A stretch of 64,000 bases of DNA, taken from NCBI GenBank assembly GCA_030550155.1, contig JAUQPZ010000003.1, positions 22,916-86,915 of the forward strand, read 5' to 3'. Positions 47,424 to 56,983 of this stretch are shown here, in pieces (positions within the stretch are counted from its first letter, which is position 1; each line of letters starts with the position of its first letter). Below the pieces are notes generated by a model, which saw only the letters and a list, made by a program, of their open reading frames with translations, made no database searches and had not been told where the DNA came from. This DNA comes from Thermoproteota archaeon (lineage in GTDB: Archaea; Thermoproteota; Nitrososphaeria_A; Caldarchaeales; Calditenuaceae). The position numbers and the translations under genes are program-made.

Positions 47424-48053
47424 TTGTCGTCAGCACACTTGGTCGAGTTCTTCACAGAGGTTCAGAAGAGGCTGTCATGGTTGATAAGAGTCTCTCCCCT
47501 GGACCCACGGGAGGTAGAGCTCCTCTGTGGCCTCGACATCTCATACAGGGGCTGTGAGGGCGCCGCGGCAGCTGTAACGTGGTCTACAAGGACTAGGAGC
47601 ATAACGGAGACCGCAACCTACCGGGGCAGCGTAATCTTACCCTACATCCCTGGACTCCTCTACTCTCGCGAGGCCCCCCTCATGCTAGCGGCTCTAAAGA
47701 TTCTGGAGACGAAGCCCAGCCTTCTGTTAATCGATGGCCATGGCTTAGCCCATCCTAGGAGGGCGGGTCTCGCGAGTATAATGGGTCTGCTTGCGGAGAC
47801 GCCTTCTATAGGTGTTGCTAAGTCGCTCCTTTATGGCACGGTCAGGGCTGAGGATGGTGTTGAGTATCTTGAGGCGGATGGTGAAGTTGTCGGAATAGTT
47901 TTGAAGAGCGCGAGGGGTAGGAAGCTCTACGTTAGCGTAGGATATAGAGTAGATGTTCAGTCAATCTTGGGGCTGGTGAGCCTGCTGGGTGAAGACCTAG
48001 CTCAGCCCGTCCGCGAGGCACACCGCCTCTCTAAGGCGGCTCTAAGGGTTTGA
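47424..48053 (+). CDS. nfi: endonuclease V (deoxyinosine 3'-endonuclease)
   Basis: 209 aa. Motifs CGLDISY, LIDGHGLAHPRRAGLASIMGL and GVAKS match Nfi catalytic regions. Confidence 0.85.
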   Translation: MSSAHLVEFFTEVQKRLSWLIRVSPLDPREVELLCGLDISYRGCEGAAAAVTWSTRTRSITETATYRGSVILPYIPGLLYSREAPLMLAALKILETKPSLLLIDGHGLAHPRRAGLASIMGLLAETPSIGVAKSLLYGTVRAEDGVEYLEADGEVVGIVLKSARGRKLYVSVGYRVDVQSILGLVSLLGEDLAQPVREAHRLSKAALRV

Positions 48054-49055
48054 TACGGCTTCCGGCTCCTCACCCAGCGCTTTCGCCGTGCGGTATTCCT
48101 GCGTCAGCCTCTCGGGCCACCCCCCTTCTATGAACCTTATCGCCTCCATAGCGGCCATGCACCCGAATCCAGCAGCCGTTATTGCTTGCCTATACCTCTT
48201 GTCGTGAACGTCGCCCGCCGCGAAAACGCCCCTCACGCTCGTCTCAAGACCATTTCTAAGCCTGATGTAGCCCTCCTCATCAAGCTCTATCTTCCCTCTA
48301 AATATCTCGGTGCTTGGCGCATGGCCGATCGCCACGAAAAGGGCGTTGCAAGGTATAACGCGCTCCTCTCCAGTTAACGTGTTCCTGATCTTGACGCCCT
48401 CGACGCGCAACTCACCCAGAACATCTACGACGACGCTATTCCAGACGAAATCTATCTTCGGGTTTGAGAGGGCTCTCTCCTGCATGATTTTAGAGGCCCT
48501 CAGCTTATCCCTTCTATGAACCACCACAACTTTCTCGACGAGATTAGATAGAAAGAGTGCATACTCCATCGCAGAGTCCCCGCCACCCACGACGACTGCG
48601 CATTTGGCACCCTTGAAGAGCGGGCCGTCGCAGGTCGCGCAGCTTGAAACACCTCGGCCTAGCAGCCTCTTCTCGGACTCGAGCCCCAGCCACCTAGGCG
48701 AGGCCCCGGTAGCTATGATTACAGTCTTAGCGAGAAAAGTATTACTGTCCGTCATCACCTTTCTCGGATACGTGTTGAAGTCGACATCCACTGCGTCTTC
48801 GTAAACTATCTCCACGCCCATCCGCTCAGCCTGATTACGCATAGCGTCCATTAACTCAGGGCCCATCACGCCTTCAGGGAAGCCCGGAAAATTCTCGACA
48901 ATACCGGTCAGCATTAGTTGTCCGCCCGCCGTGACACCAGCTATTATCAGCGTCCTGAGATTGGCTCTCGCGGCGTAGATTCCTGCCGTGTAGCCAGCGG
49001 GGCCTGAGCCAATTATTACGACATCATATAGCTCGCTATTCTTGTTAGACTCCAT
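48042..49055 (-). CDS. trxB: thioredoxin-disulfide reductase
   Basis: FAD motif YDVVIIGSGPAGYTAG, redox-active SCATCDG, and NADPH-binding second Rossmann motif. The ORF track extends to 49109 (TTG); the Met just before ESNKNS...YDVVIIG is the more likely start. Exact coordinate is approximate. Confidence 0.85.
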   Translation of the reverse strand: MESNKNSELYDVVIIGSGPAGYTAGIYAARANLRTLIIAGVTAGGQLMLTGIVENFPGFPEGVMGPELMDAMRNQAERMGVEIVYEDAVDVDFNTYPRKVMTDSNTFLAKTVIIATGASPRWLGLESEKRLLGRGVSSCATCDGPLFKGAKCAVVVGGGDSAMEYALFLSNLVEKVVVVHRRDKLRASKIMQERALSNPKIDFVWNSVVVDVLGELRVEGVKIRNTLTGEERVIPCNALFVAIGHAPSTEIFRGKIELDEEGYIRLRNGLETSVRGVFAAGDVHDKRYRQAITAAGFGCMAAMEAIRFIEGGWPERLTQEYRTAKALGEEPEAVSNP

Positions 49056-49581
49056 TACGCCTCTCATATTACATGTGCTCAAATATATATTCCTGAGGTG
49101 CGCGGTCAATTCAGTGATAAAAAGGCGTCAACTCTTCAAATGTACTAGATGCGGCTACGAGGTCTATCTTCAGGCGTGGAAGGCTGAGTGCCCTTCGTGT
49201 GGAAGTGGTTTTACTCTCGCCCCCGTCGCCGGCGATGAGGAAAAGACAAGGAGCCGGATGATCGGGTATATTCCACCTATCTTCTCGGCGGCCTATCTCG
49301 CCTTGACTCTGTTCATTCCCAAGATGACCCTAGCACCGCTTCTCCCATGGCCCACGACCCAAACGGTGGTTCTCGCAATCACGATACTCTCACTCACATC
49401 ATCTACGCTGAGTAATCTTCTGTCCATCGTGGCGGGCGCCATCATAACATCCCTTCATATGTTGCTGGTTGCGCCATCAAATCCCGCAGAGATAGGCGTA
49501 GCTCTTCTCCCGTTAGGGCTGTCGGCCTCAGCGTTAATCAACGAGCTCTCGATTAGGAGGGTTATTTGGAAGGCGGTGTGA
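49042..49581 (+). CDS. zinc-ribbon membrane protein (hypothetical)
   Basis: 179 aa on a TTG start. CTRCG...CPSCG zinc ribbon followed by 3-4 TM helices. Its N-terminus overlaps the trxB start, so the true start may lie downstream. Confidence 0.4.
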   Translation: MLDSITPLILHVLKYIFLRCAVNSVIKRRQLFKCTRCGYEVYLQAWKAECPSCGSGFTLAPVAGDEEKTRSRMIGYIPPIFSAAYLALTLFIPKMTLAPLLPWPTTQTVVLAITILSLTSSTLSNLLSIVAGAIITSLHMLLVAPSNPAEIGVALLPLGLSASALINELSIRRVIWKAV

Positions 49582-49587
49582 GAGGGG

Positions 49588-49914
49588 TTGCCGCTCTACG
49601 CTATTGAATTCTTTGTTCAGGGGAGGGGCTGGGTAAGACAGGAGGAGCTGGGTTTGAGGGGCGGAGTTCCGACCAAGGAGGATGCAGAAAACCTCGCTGC
49701 ATATGTGATAGACGAGAAGATGAGGGGCGCAAAACATCCCTACGGCTCTAGGCTCGGAGACCTGGTAGGCTTCAAGATAGTAGAGACCGAGGGTGTGGAG
49801 AGAATGGCGCTAACGTCTGAGGCTTCGCAATTCAGGTTTGACGAGATAAAACACAGGTTTTACAAGCGTGGAGAGGCCTACATGCTTTACAAGTTCTGGA
49901 GCTGGCCTGACTAG
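49588..49914 (+). CDS. hypothetical protein
   Basis: 108 aa soluble ORF, no recognised motif. Confidence 0.4.
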   Translation: MPLYAIEFFVQGRGWVRQEELGLRGGVPTKEDAENLAAYVIDEKMRGAKHPYGSRLGDLVGFKIVETEGVERMALTSEASQFRFDEIKHRFYKRGEAYMLYKFWSWPD

Positions 49915-49934
49915 CGTTGAGCCTCGGCGTCTCT

Positions 49935-50507
49935 TTACTCTATCTTTATCGACTTGGAGGGCCCGCCTTCGCCCTTCTTGGGCAGCACCACCTCTAAGAC
50001 ACCGTTATTGTATGTGGCCTTAGCCTTCTCTAGCTCAACCTCCTCCGGCAGGTCAATCTCCTTGTAATATTTCCTCGCCTCAGTATCGACTCTGATTATG
50101 AGCTTTGAGTCTCGAACCAGCAGATTTATGTCCTCCTTCTTGACACCAGGCACCTCTGCGACAACCTTAATCTGCTTATCCTCATCAATCATATCAACTA
50201 GGGGCTCTCTCTCACCGGTCAACGCCGGCACCTCACCCCTCCGACCCGGCCTCACATTTCCGAATTCTCTGATAACTGGGCGGCCGTCAGGGCCTATTGT
50301 AATGGAGTAGCCGTAGACTATTGGGCCTATCTCTCTCCTGATGCCTGTGGGCGTCCTCACCTCCCTGACGAGCTCCCGGGGCCACTCCCTCTCAAACCTC
50401 CTGAACTCCTCATCGAACCATCTCTCAAACTCCCTCATCATCTCGTCAATAACATCGAAGGGCCGCATCCATCTTCTCCTACGTATCCAATCTTCACTCA
50501 TGTCCAA
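49935..50507 (-). CDS. small heat-shock protein (Hsp20 / alpha-crystallin domain)
   Basis: 190 aa. ACD core (IKVVAEVPGVKKEDINLLV...YKEIDLPEEVELEKAKATYNNGVLEVVLPKK) with an unusual W/R-rich N-terminal arm. Confidence 0.8.
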   Translation of the reverse strand: MDMSEDWIRRRRWMRPFDVIDEMMREFERWFDEEFRRFEREWPRELVREVRTPTGIRREIGPIVYGYSITIGPDGRPVIREFGNVRPGRRGEVPALTGEREPLVDMIDEDKQIKVVAEVPGVKKEDINLLVRDSKLIIRVDTEARKYYKEIDLPEEVELEKAKATYNNGVLEVVLPKKGEGGPSKSIKIE

Positions 50508-50654
50508 AGTAATAGAGGGGCCCTTGTATAAATAATGTTAGGCATGGAAAACAGTTGTTCCAGGCAATCTCCCCCACCAAAATTCCCCTTTTAAAGGGGC
50601 GCCCCGCTGCCGAGGCTTATACTTTTTTATTATGAATGCTGGCTACCTTACTGC

Positions 50655-51122
50655 ATGCAAGAGACGGGGCAGGGAGAGAGTTACGAGATAGAAGTCGAGG
50701 TCCAGCTCACGCCCGCTGCCAGGGTGCGTGTTAGAAGCGTGGTCGGGGCATCGAAGCTGAGGGAAGCAATCGAGGCGGCCCAGAAACTGGTAAGCGAGCT
50801 CCTCCCAACAAGCCACCCTATCATGGAGGACGCGGCCAGGCGCTTTCCACAAGACCTCCTCGCGCATCTAGGCTCCCTGAAGTATAGGGATCTGGCGCTC
50901 CTCTTGACATATTTTGAGGGCCCGCTGACCAGGGAGCAGATAAACCAGAGGTCTAGAGAGCTGGGGAAAGAAGTTTCAAAAGACTGGCTTGACACAGAGT
51001 TCTTCAGGAGGCCCTATAAGGATTATTTCGTGGCTGAGGCCGACGCCTCGGGCGCAAAGGTTTACAGGCTGTCAGAGAAGGGGAAGATGCAGGCAGAGGA
51101 GATATTAAGGAGGCTGAGGTAA
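50655..51122 (+). CDS. hypothetical protein (possible C-terminal winged-helix)
   Basis: 155 aa. The C-terminal YRLSEKGKMQAEEILRRL resembles a wHTH wing/recognition segment. Confidence 0.4.
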   Translation: MQETGQGESYEIEVEVQLTPAARVRVRSVVGASKLREAIEAAQKLVSELLPTSHPIMEDAARRFPQDLLAHLGSLKYRDLALLLTYFEGPLTREQINQRSRELGKEVSKDWLDTEFFRRPYKDYFVAEADASGAKVYRLSEKGKMQAEEILRRLR

Positions 51123-51201
51123 CTCTGAAATTATTTTTCGTGAAGAGCCGCCGTGATTAGGGGGCAGCCTCTCGACGAAGCGGCTGAGGGGAGTGATACT
51201 G

Positions 51202-51624
51202 CTATGACTCTGGGGGGAAAGCGGCGACGAACTCTTCAACGTCGCCCCTGAGGTGGTGGGTGGCGGGTGCGCCTCTCAGCCATTTGGAGAGGTGGCTTAC
51301 GAGAGATTTCAGGAATCCGTCAGGGTCAGACACAATTTTTGAGATTGCCTCAGCCGGTATATTTTTCACGGGTACTTCTCTCATCCTCGTATCCATGAAG
51401 GGGCCAAACTCGTCCCTCGAGATGCTTAGTGCCACTATCCTGCCATCTTCCGCGATGTATAGGATTCCGGGCGTCCGGCCGATCTCAAACCCCCACTCTA
51501 CCCCGGGCGGACAGACATCCTTGACGAGCCCAACCAGCTCGTAGGCCGTCTCGACCCGCCTACTCTCCTTGATCATCTTTACCAGAGCCTTCACCCTCTC
51601 CGCCCTTGTCTCTGATTGATTCAA
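51202..51624 (-). CDS. hypothetical protein
   Basis: 140 aa ORF. Its 5' end overlaps the 3' end of the XPF gene. Confidence 0.4.
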   Translation of the reverse strand: MNQSETRAERVKALVKMIKESRRVETAYELVGLVKDVCPPGVEWGFEIGRTPGILYIAEDGRIVALSISRDEFGPFMDTRMREVPVKNIPAEAISKIVSDPDGFLKSLVSHLSKWLRGAPATHHLRGDVEEFVAAFPPES

Positions 51625-52384
51625 CCCTTCTCTCCAAATCGCTGATGCTGGGCTCCGTATAAACCGTGTTTATGACCATGTGCATCCGCTTCACGGTAGT
51701 GGAGGGTATTCTCCTTCCACCCACCTTGACGCTCTTCAGGGTGTTCTCCACCACCGGCAGACTGTTGTTGTGAAAGAGCGCTATGACGCCTCCTAGAGTC
51801 TTAAAGCGTTGAAGGAGCGCTTTGGCGGTCTTGTGCCCACACATGCCTTCTAGGGTGTAGAGGGCCTGCTCCTGAGGTGTCATCTCCCTCCCGCTAACCC
51901 TCAACGGATACTCCCTCAAAGCCTTCTCCTCCCCCAGCCTCTTATGCTTCCAGAGCAGATATGTCATCGTGGCCTTAACATCCGGCATGGGGATTATCGG
52001 TATTCCCCATTCGACAACAATCCTGTCGATAAGCCCGAGAACCGCGGCCTCATTCCACTTACTCTTCCGATACAGGCCCAGATACCCCTCCAGTACCAGC
52101 AACCTCTCACCCTCAAAGGTCTTGAGAAGAGCCAGCTGGTCCCACAGCCTTCCCTTCAGACTGTTTAGGAAGTCGAAGATCCTCTTCCTCTCTATGAGTA
52201 CTTGCCCCCGAGAGCCGAGTATCAGGTAGTCTCCCGCGTCTAGGGGTTTGACAGCAACTTCTACCACTTTTTTTAGGGCCTCAACCATCTTAGAGTTCTC
52301 AGAGGCCTCATTAGCGTCTACGACTATCATCTGCTCCTCTGTCATAATTAAGTTCAGGTTATAGTTAAGGTTCGCTGGACTCAA
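51560..52384 (-). CDS. xpf: XPF/ERCC4-family structure-specific nuclease (short crenarchaeal type, nuclease + HhH2)
   Basis: 274 aa. ERCC4 motifs IVVDANE, GDYLI, and LIERKRIFDFLNS matching the VERKxxxDLxxS core. C-terminal helix-hairpin-helix region (TLEGMCGHKTAKALLQRFKTLGG). Confidence 0.75.
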   Translation of the reverse strand: MSPANLNYNLNLIMTEEQMIVVDANEASENSKMVEALKKVVEVAVKPLDAGDYLILGSRGQVLIERKRIFDFLNSLKGRLWDQLALLKTFEGERLLVLEGYLGLYRKSKWNEAAVLGLIDRIVVEWGIPIIPMPDVKATMTYLLWKHKRLGEEKALREYPLRVSGREMTPQEQALYTLEGMCGHKTAKALLQRFKTLGGVIALFHNNSLPVVENTLKSVKVGGRRIPSTTVKRMHMVINTVYTEPSISDLERRVESIRDKGGEGEGSGKDDQGE

Positions 52385-52593
52385 ACCTCACAAAACCATA
52401 GCAGCCCACGTCAATCAGGGAGCGGCTGAAACAACACTAACAGTGAAGAGTTTTTCTTTGATGTTCACCAGAAGACTAAAGAGACGCCACAAATAGTCTT
52501 CGGTGGTGAAGGATTTAGAAAGGTTAAGCAGTTGTCACGCATTGAGGCGGGAATCGGTGATGAAGTCCTCGAGCTTTTAAAGATGGGTGCGAG

Positions 52594-53122
52594 GTGTTCG
52601 TCCGTAAGAGGACGGACATTCTACCCCGGCTGAGAGCCGCAAACAATGTCGGAAAGAGCCATGAGCATGATGCAAAGATGCTGTCGATGCTCGATAACAC
52701 CCACTATCTGGAATTGCGTGAATATGAGGTAGGGCTGAAGATTATGCTGCAGAAATACCATAACATACAGGGGGTCGCAAAACTTGCGAAGCAATTATGA
52801 TGCCGACAGAGAAATGGTTAACTATCTTGTGAGGGCAAAAAACAGGTTGGCGAATGAAATCATTAACAATGCTGAAAAGCACCAAATCTCGCTTAAAAGT
52901 CTATATGGACGGGGCGCTTTAGCTGAGAACCTGTTAAACATCGGCTTCAAGAGGGGTCTTAGGAAGATAAAATGCTACTTAGGACTTCATGGACAAAGTG
53001 GGAGATACTTTAACCATAGATTGCGGCAGGCAGCGCAAGGTCTCGCCATTAGCTATTATAGGAGACTAAGTGTCTCTTGCAACGAAACATTAGGAGTGAT
53101 AAAGACGGTCAGGACATATTAG
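52594..53122 (+). pseudogene. two overlapping out-of-frame small ORFs in an AT-rich island, possibly a decayed gene remnant
   Basis: ORFs 52594..52800 (GTG start) and 52784..53122 overlap in different frames inside a ~1 kb region of visibly lower GC than its neighbours. Both are basic and lack family motifs. Confidence 0.25.
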
Positions 53123-53404
53123 CTGGAGGCCCGGCTTGACGGCAGGAAAAAGAGCTGCATGAGGAGCTGGGCGCCTTTAAATAAGATGTCGGTGGCCTTC
53201 TGCTCTTGGCGCTTTAAGGTTAAATGCCGCGGCCCTCATATAGCTCTCCTATAATGCTGCCCGGTCGGTCGACAGCCTGCCGATACCCTTTATTTTTCGC
53301 TCTTCAAATTTATTTAAACCGCTTAGCAGTGAAAGTTGGCGTTACTTTGGTGGAGGATGGCCCGGCAGGGGGGTGGGACGAGGCTAATCGGCGAGTGAGG
53401 AGCG

Positions 53405-53929
53405 ATGGAGCTTAACCTTAGAGAGAGAATAGAGTTGATGAGGCAGGGCATTATCCAGAGAGCACTTATACCGCTCCTTGAGGAGCGGGGGTTCTTCCCA
53501 TCATTCTGGAAGAGACCGGTCTCTCTGGAGGATATGGAGCTTCGCGAGGACGGCTGGATGCCGTTCTACACCCGCTACACAACTTGGGAGACCTACGTGA
53601 GGGAGGAGCCCCTCAACCTCTACTTCAACACCTTCTACGGAGACGTCCATGAAAAGGCATACAGGTACTGCTTTGTAGAGTATTTACTTTCATGGCCAAA
53701 CTACGAGCTGAACAAGAGGCTGGTCGGTCTCTTCACCAGACTCAACCTGAGGAGCGGGGGATACATCTGGAAGTGCAAACGGATGGTGGATATCACATCG
53801 CCAGACAGCGCGTTGATGGATATCGAGAAGAATTATGACGAGCTCCTCCTGGCCCTGATGGATGCCGGAGTAGTTGACACGAATGCATCAGCAGAGGGCG
53901 TTGGAAGGCAGAGGCGCCACCGACCCTAA
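53405..53929 (+). CDS. hypothetical protein
   Basis: 174 aa ORF rich in aromatic residues (W/Y/F), no recognised motif. Sits at the right edge of the AT-rich island. Confidence 0.45.
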   Translation: MELNLRERIELMRQGIIQRALIPLLEERGFFPSFWKRPVSLEDMELREDGWMPFYTRYTTWETYVREEPLNLYFNTFYGDVHEKAYRYCFVEYLLSWPNYELNKRLVGLFTRLNLRSGGYIWKCKRMVDITSPDSALMDIEKNYDELLLALMDAGVVDTNASAEGVGRQRRHRP

Positions 53930-54077
53930 GTGCTGCAAGGCACCCTAATGGCGGCCAACCTCGCCTAACATCTCGACCCATGCCGTATTACTTTTCCGAA
54001 AAGAGCCAAAAATGTGTGATTATTATGTCGAGCTCTGCCGTGAGTAACGCTTTAATTGTTTAGCGCCGGCCCCTCTT

Positions 54078-56573
54078 TTATGAGAGATTTATGGTTAGCT
54101 GCTGCCTCTTTCCGTTGTCTCTGATCTTTACCTGTAGGAGCTTTTTAGCGTCGTCAAATATCCATCCTTGCTCTGCCTTCAGCATCTCTTCTGGCGATGT
54201 GGCTTGGGTCAGTGCTGCGTCGTTGAGAGAGACTCTTGTGGGCTTCTTTTCGACTAGGTGGATGATTATCATGAAGGAGCGCGGCGAGGGCTTATAGGCG
54301 CCTTCTCTATCACCAACTTGGAGCACCAGCCTGTCTCCTTCTTTTGTGAACGTGAAGGGCGTCAGGAGGTAGATTCCTTTTTCATAGTCTCGGGTTTCTC
54401 CGTCGTCTTCATAGAGTGTGAACATTGAGGGCTTGTCTGAGGGGTATACGTGGATGAAGAGTGTGTCAGCTGGCTTCTCATCGACGTATAGCATACTCGG
54501 CTGCATGGGTAGGATGGTTCCAGACTTGATGAAGATGGGCGCCCTGTCTATGGGCGCGTCCACCTCCAGGTATGCGGGTCCCTGATGCTTTGATTCGCTC
54601 CAGTAGTCTATCCACTCGCCCTTAGGGAGATATACTATGCGCCTTCTGGAGTCTTCGTGGATGATGGGTGCCACGAGTATGAATTCGCCTACGAGAAACT
54701 CGTCTTGGATGGTGTATGTGTTAGGGTCGTCCTGATGTTCGAGGAGGAGGGGCCTGATAATTGGGTGGCCTGTCTTTGATGCCTGGTAGAGGAGTGTGTA
54801 GAGGTAGGGTATCAGCTGGTATCGCAGCTCCAGGAACTCCCTGATTACTCGGAGGTATTTTTCCCCGTATACCCATGCTTCCTGGTCGAAGGAACCTAAT
54901 ATCGTGTGGTTTCTGCAGAGAGGAATGAAGGCCCCGATCTGATACCATCGCGTTAGGAGCTCCGGAGTCGCTGTGGATGCGAAACCGCCTATGTCGTCTC
55001 CAGCCATCGGGACGCCTGAGAGACCTAGGTTCAGGAGCATGGGTATCTGCAGAGCCAGGTGCTCCCAGCTCGACGTGTTGTCTCCTGTCCAGACGGCGGA
55101 ATATCGCTGTATGCCCGCGTAGGCCGCCCTGGTGAGTATAAATGGCCTCTTGTTAGGCATCAGCCTCTTTAGCCCCTCGTAAGTGGCCATGCACATTAGA
55201 AGCCCATACACGTTGTGAATCTTTTCATGTGGGGAGTTCTGTCCACGGTCGTAGTGAATTACGTCGAGGTCCATGGTCCTGTGGGTCATTAACTCGATAT
55301 AGGGTGCTCCTCTGCCTAGCATGAGATTCATGTATGGCTCGAGAAGTGAGGCGAGCTGCCGGGGGATACTTCTTTCAACAAAGACGGCGGGCTCGTTCAT
55401 GTCGTTCCAGATGCCCGCCAAACCCAGCTTGACGTACTCTGCGTGGAGGCTGCCCCACCACCCCCTCACGTCCTCTCTCGTAAAATCTGGGAAAGCGCAG
55501 GTCCCGGGCCAGACCTTCGCGAGATAGAGCTCGCCCGTCGCATATTTGCAGAAATAGTCCTTCTGTACACCTTCAACGAAGATTTTGTTCGAAGGGTCTG
55601 CCTTGACTCCCGGATTTACTATGGGTATGAGCCTGAAGCCCTTGGCCCTCATCTCTGAGACAAGCCTCGCCGGGTCGGAGAACCTGTTTCTGTCCCACGT
55701 GAATGACTGGTAACGTTCCTTGTAGTGGATGTCAAGGTAGAAGACGTCGCATGGTATGCGGGTCTTCCTGAATTCGTCGGCCAGGAGGAGGAGCCTCTCG
55801 GCGGGGTAGTAGCTGTAGCGTGACTGCTGGTGTCCGAGGGCCCAGCGGGGGTGTAGGAGGGGGCGGCCGGTCAGCTCCGTATACCTTTCTATAACCTTCT
55901 TGACGCTGGGGCCATAGATGAAGTAGTAGTTGAGTTCCCCTCCATCGGCCTCGAAGCTGTAGAAGTCCTCAGCCGTGTGACCCATGTCGAAAATCGTTTT
56001 ATATGTGTTGTCGAAGAAGATTCCGTAGGCCTTTTTTCTCCGGAGGCCTATGAAGAATGGAATGCTCTTGTATAGAGGGTCAGTTTCAGGCCCATACCCG
56101 AATGCGTCTGTGTTCCACATTACCATGACGCTCCGTCTCTTGTCTAGGCGGCCCGTCTTCTCGCCGAAGCCGTAGAAGTGCTCATCATATTCGAGGCTCT
56201 TCCAGCACTTCACTCGCCTTCCACTCCACCCAATTCCGTAAGGAGGATAATCAGAGTTGATCGTGAATCCCTCTGTGTCGAGGATAGCTAGCCTGCAGGG
56301 GGAGCGCTTGACCTCTACAATAAGCTCCGCGGTCCTTATTCTCAGCACCTCGCCAGCGTCCTCGACCTTAAAGTCTGCTGGAGGCCAGTCCCTCTTCACA
56401 ACCGCCCACGAGTGGTCTGGCTCGAAGACGCCTTGTGGCGCAAGCCTCACTCTTAACAGATCAGGAGCTAGGATTTGCAGCTCCACCTTGGCCGCGCCGC
56501 AGACCAGTAAGACCCTATTGTCTTTTACCTCGTAGGATGTTATATCGCCAAGGAGGATAAAATCCTGCTGCAT
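54078..56573 (-). CDS. GH31 alpha-glucosidase
   Basis: 831 aa. Catalytic nucleophile motif GIWNDMNEP and GH31 domain order (N-terminal beta-sandwich, (beta/alpha)8 barrel, C-terminal beta domains). Confidence 0.9.
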   Translation of the reverse strand: MQQDFILLGDITSYEVKDNRVLLVCGAAKVELQILAPDLLRVRLAPQGVFEPDHSWAVVKRDWPPADFKVEDAGEVLRIRTAELIVEVKRSPCRLAILDTEGFTINSDYPPYGIGWSGRRVKCWKSLEYDEHFYGFGEKTGRLDKRRSVMVMWNTDAFGYGPETDPLYKSIPFFIGLRRKKAYGIFFDNTYKTIFDMGHTAEDFYSFEADGGELNYYFIYGPSVKKVIERYTELTGRPLLHPRWALGHQQSRYSYYPAERLLLLADEFRKTRIPCDVFYLDIHYKERYQSFTWDRNRFSDPARLVSEMRAKGFRLIPIVNPGVKADPSNKIFVEGVQKDYFCKYATGELYLAKVWPGTCAFPDFTREDVRGWWGSLHAEYVKLGLAGIWNDMNEPAVFVERSIPRQLASLLEPYMNLMLGRGAPYIELMTHRTMDLDVIHYDRGQNSPHEKIHNVYGLLMCMATYEGLKRLMPNKRPFILTRAAYAGIQRYSAVWTGDNTSSWEHLALQIPMLLNLGLSGVPMAGDDIGGFASTATPELLTRWYQIGAFIPLCRNHTILGSFDQEAWVYGEKYLRVIREFLELRYQLIPYLYTLLYQASKTGHPIIRPLLLEHQDDPNTYTIQDEFLVGEFILVAPIIHEDSRRRIVYLPKGEWIDYWSESKHQGPAYLEVDAPIDRAPIFIKSGTILPMQPSMLYVDEKPADTLFIHVYPSDKPSMFTLYEDDGETRDYEKGIYLLTPFTFTKEGDRLVLQVGDREGAYKPSPRSFMIIIHLVEKKPTRVSLNDAALTQATSPEEMLKAEQGWIFDDAKKLLQVKIRDNGKRQQLTINLS

Positions 56574-56719
56574 ATCTATGCAGAGAGAATATTTTCCGTG
56601 AGATATTTAGCAATTTAGGCTGATGTTGACGGGCTAGCTGTTGAAGTTGGATCGGCGAGAAAGGTAGACGGGTTTATGTTTTTGTGGAATATTTTAGAGC
56701 CGCCGTTTAGGTTCTATAA

Positions 56720-56983
56720 TTGTTGAATCCGCCCCTGATATTCTCTGGCATGCTAGTGGCGATCACGGGCTTTATCCTCTTTTTTGTGGGTCTACAGGCT
56801 TTCTGGATACTGGCGGCTGTGGGTGTCTTGATGGTTGTTGTGGGCTTCTTCACAGAGAAGCGGGAGGAGGTGGTGCCGGAGAATCCTGGGATGAAGTTCT
56901 GCTGGTATTGTCTTAGGGAGATTCCGGTGGAGGCTGAGGAGTGTATGTATTGTGGGCTGAGGCAGGAGCCTCTCAAGAAGTAG
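56720..56983 (+). CDS. small two-TM membrane protein with C-terminal zinc ribbon
   Basis: 87 aa. Two hydrophobic helices then CWYCLREIPVEAEECMYCG. Its 3' end overlaps the 3' end of the CPBP pseudogene on the opposite strand. Confidence 0.4.
   Translation: MLNPPLIFSGMLVAITGFILFFVGLQAFWILAAVGVLMVVVGFFTEKREEVVPENPGMKFCWYCLREIPVEAEECMYCGLRQEPLKK

Noticed and set aside
52594-53122. Idea that the fragmentary ORFs are a decayed IS200/IS605 TnpB
   Set aside because: Some vague resemblance to the TnpB RuvC-II neighbourhood (RAKNRLANEIINNAEKHQ), but no CxxC...CxxC zinc finger, no RuvC-III Asp motif, and no terminal hairpins, so it was kept only as a 'possible decayed gene'.
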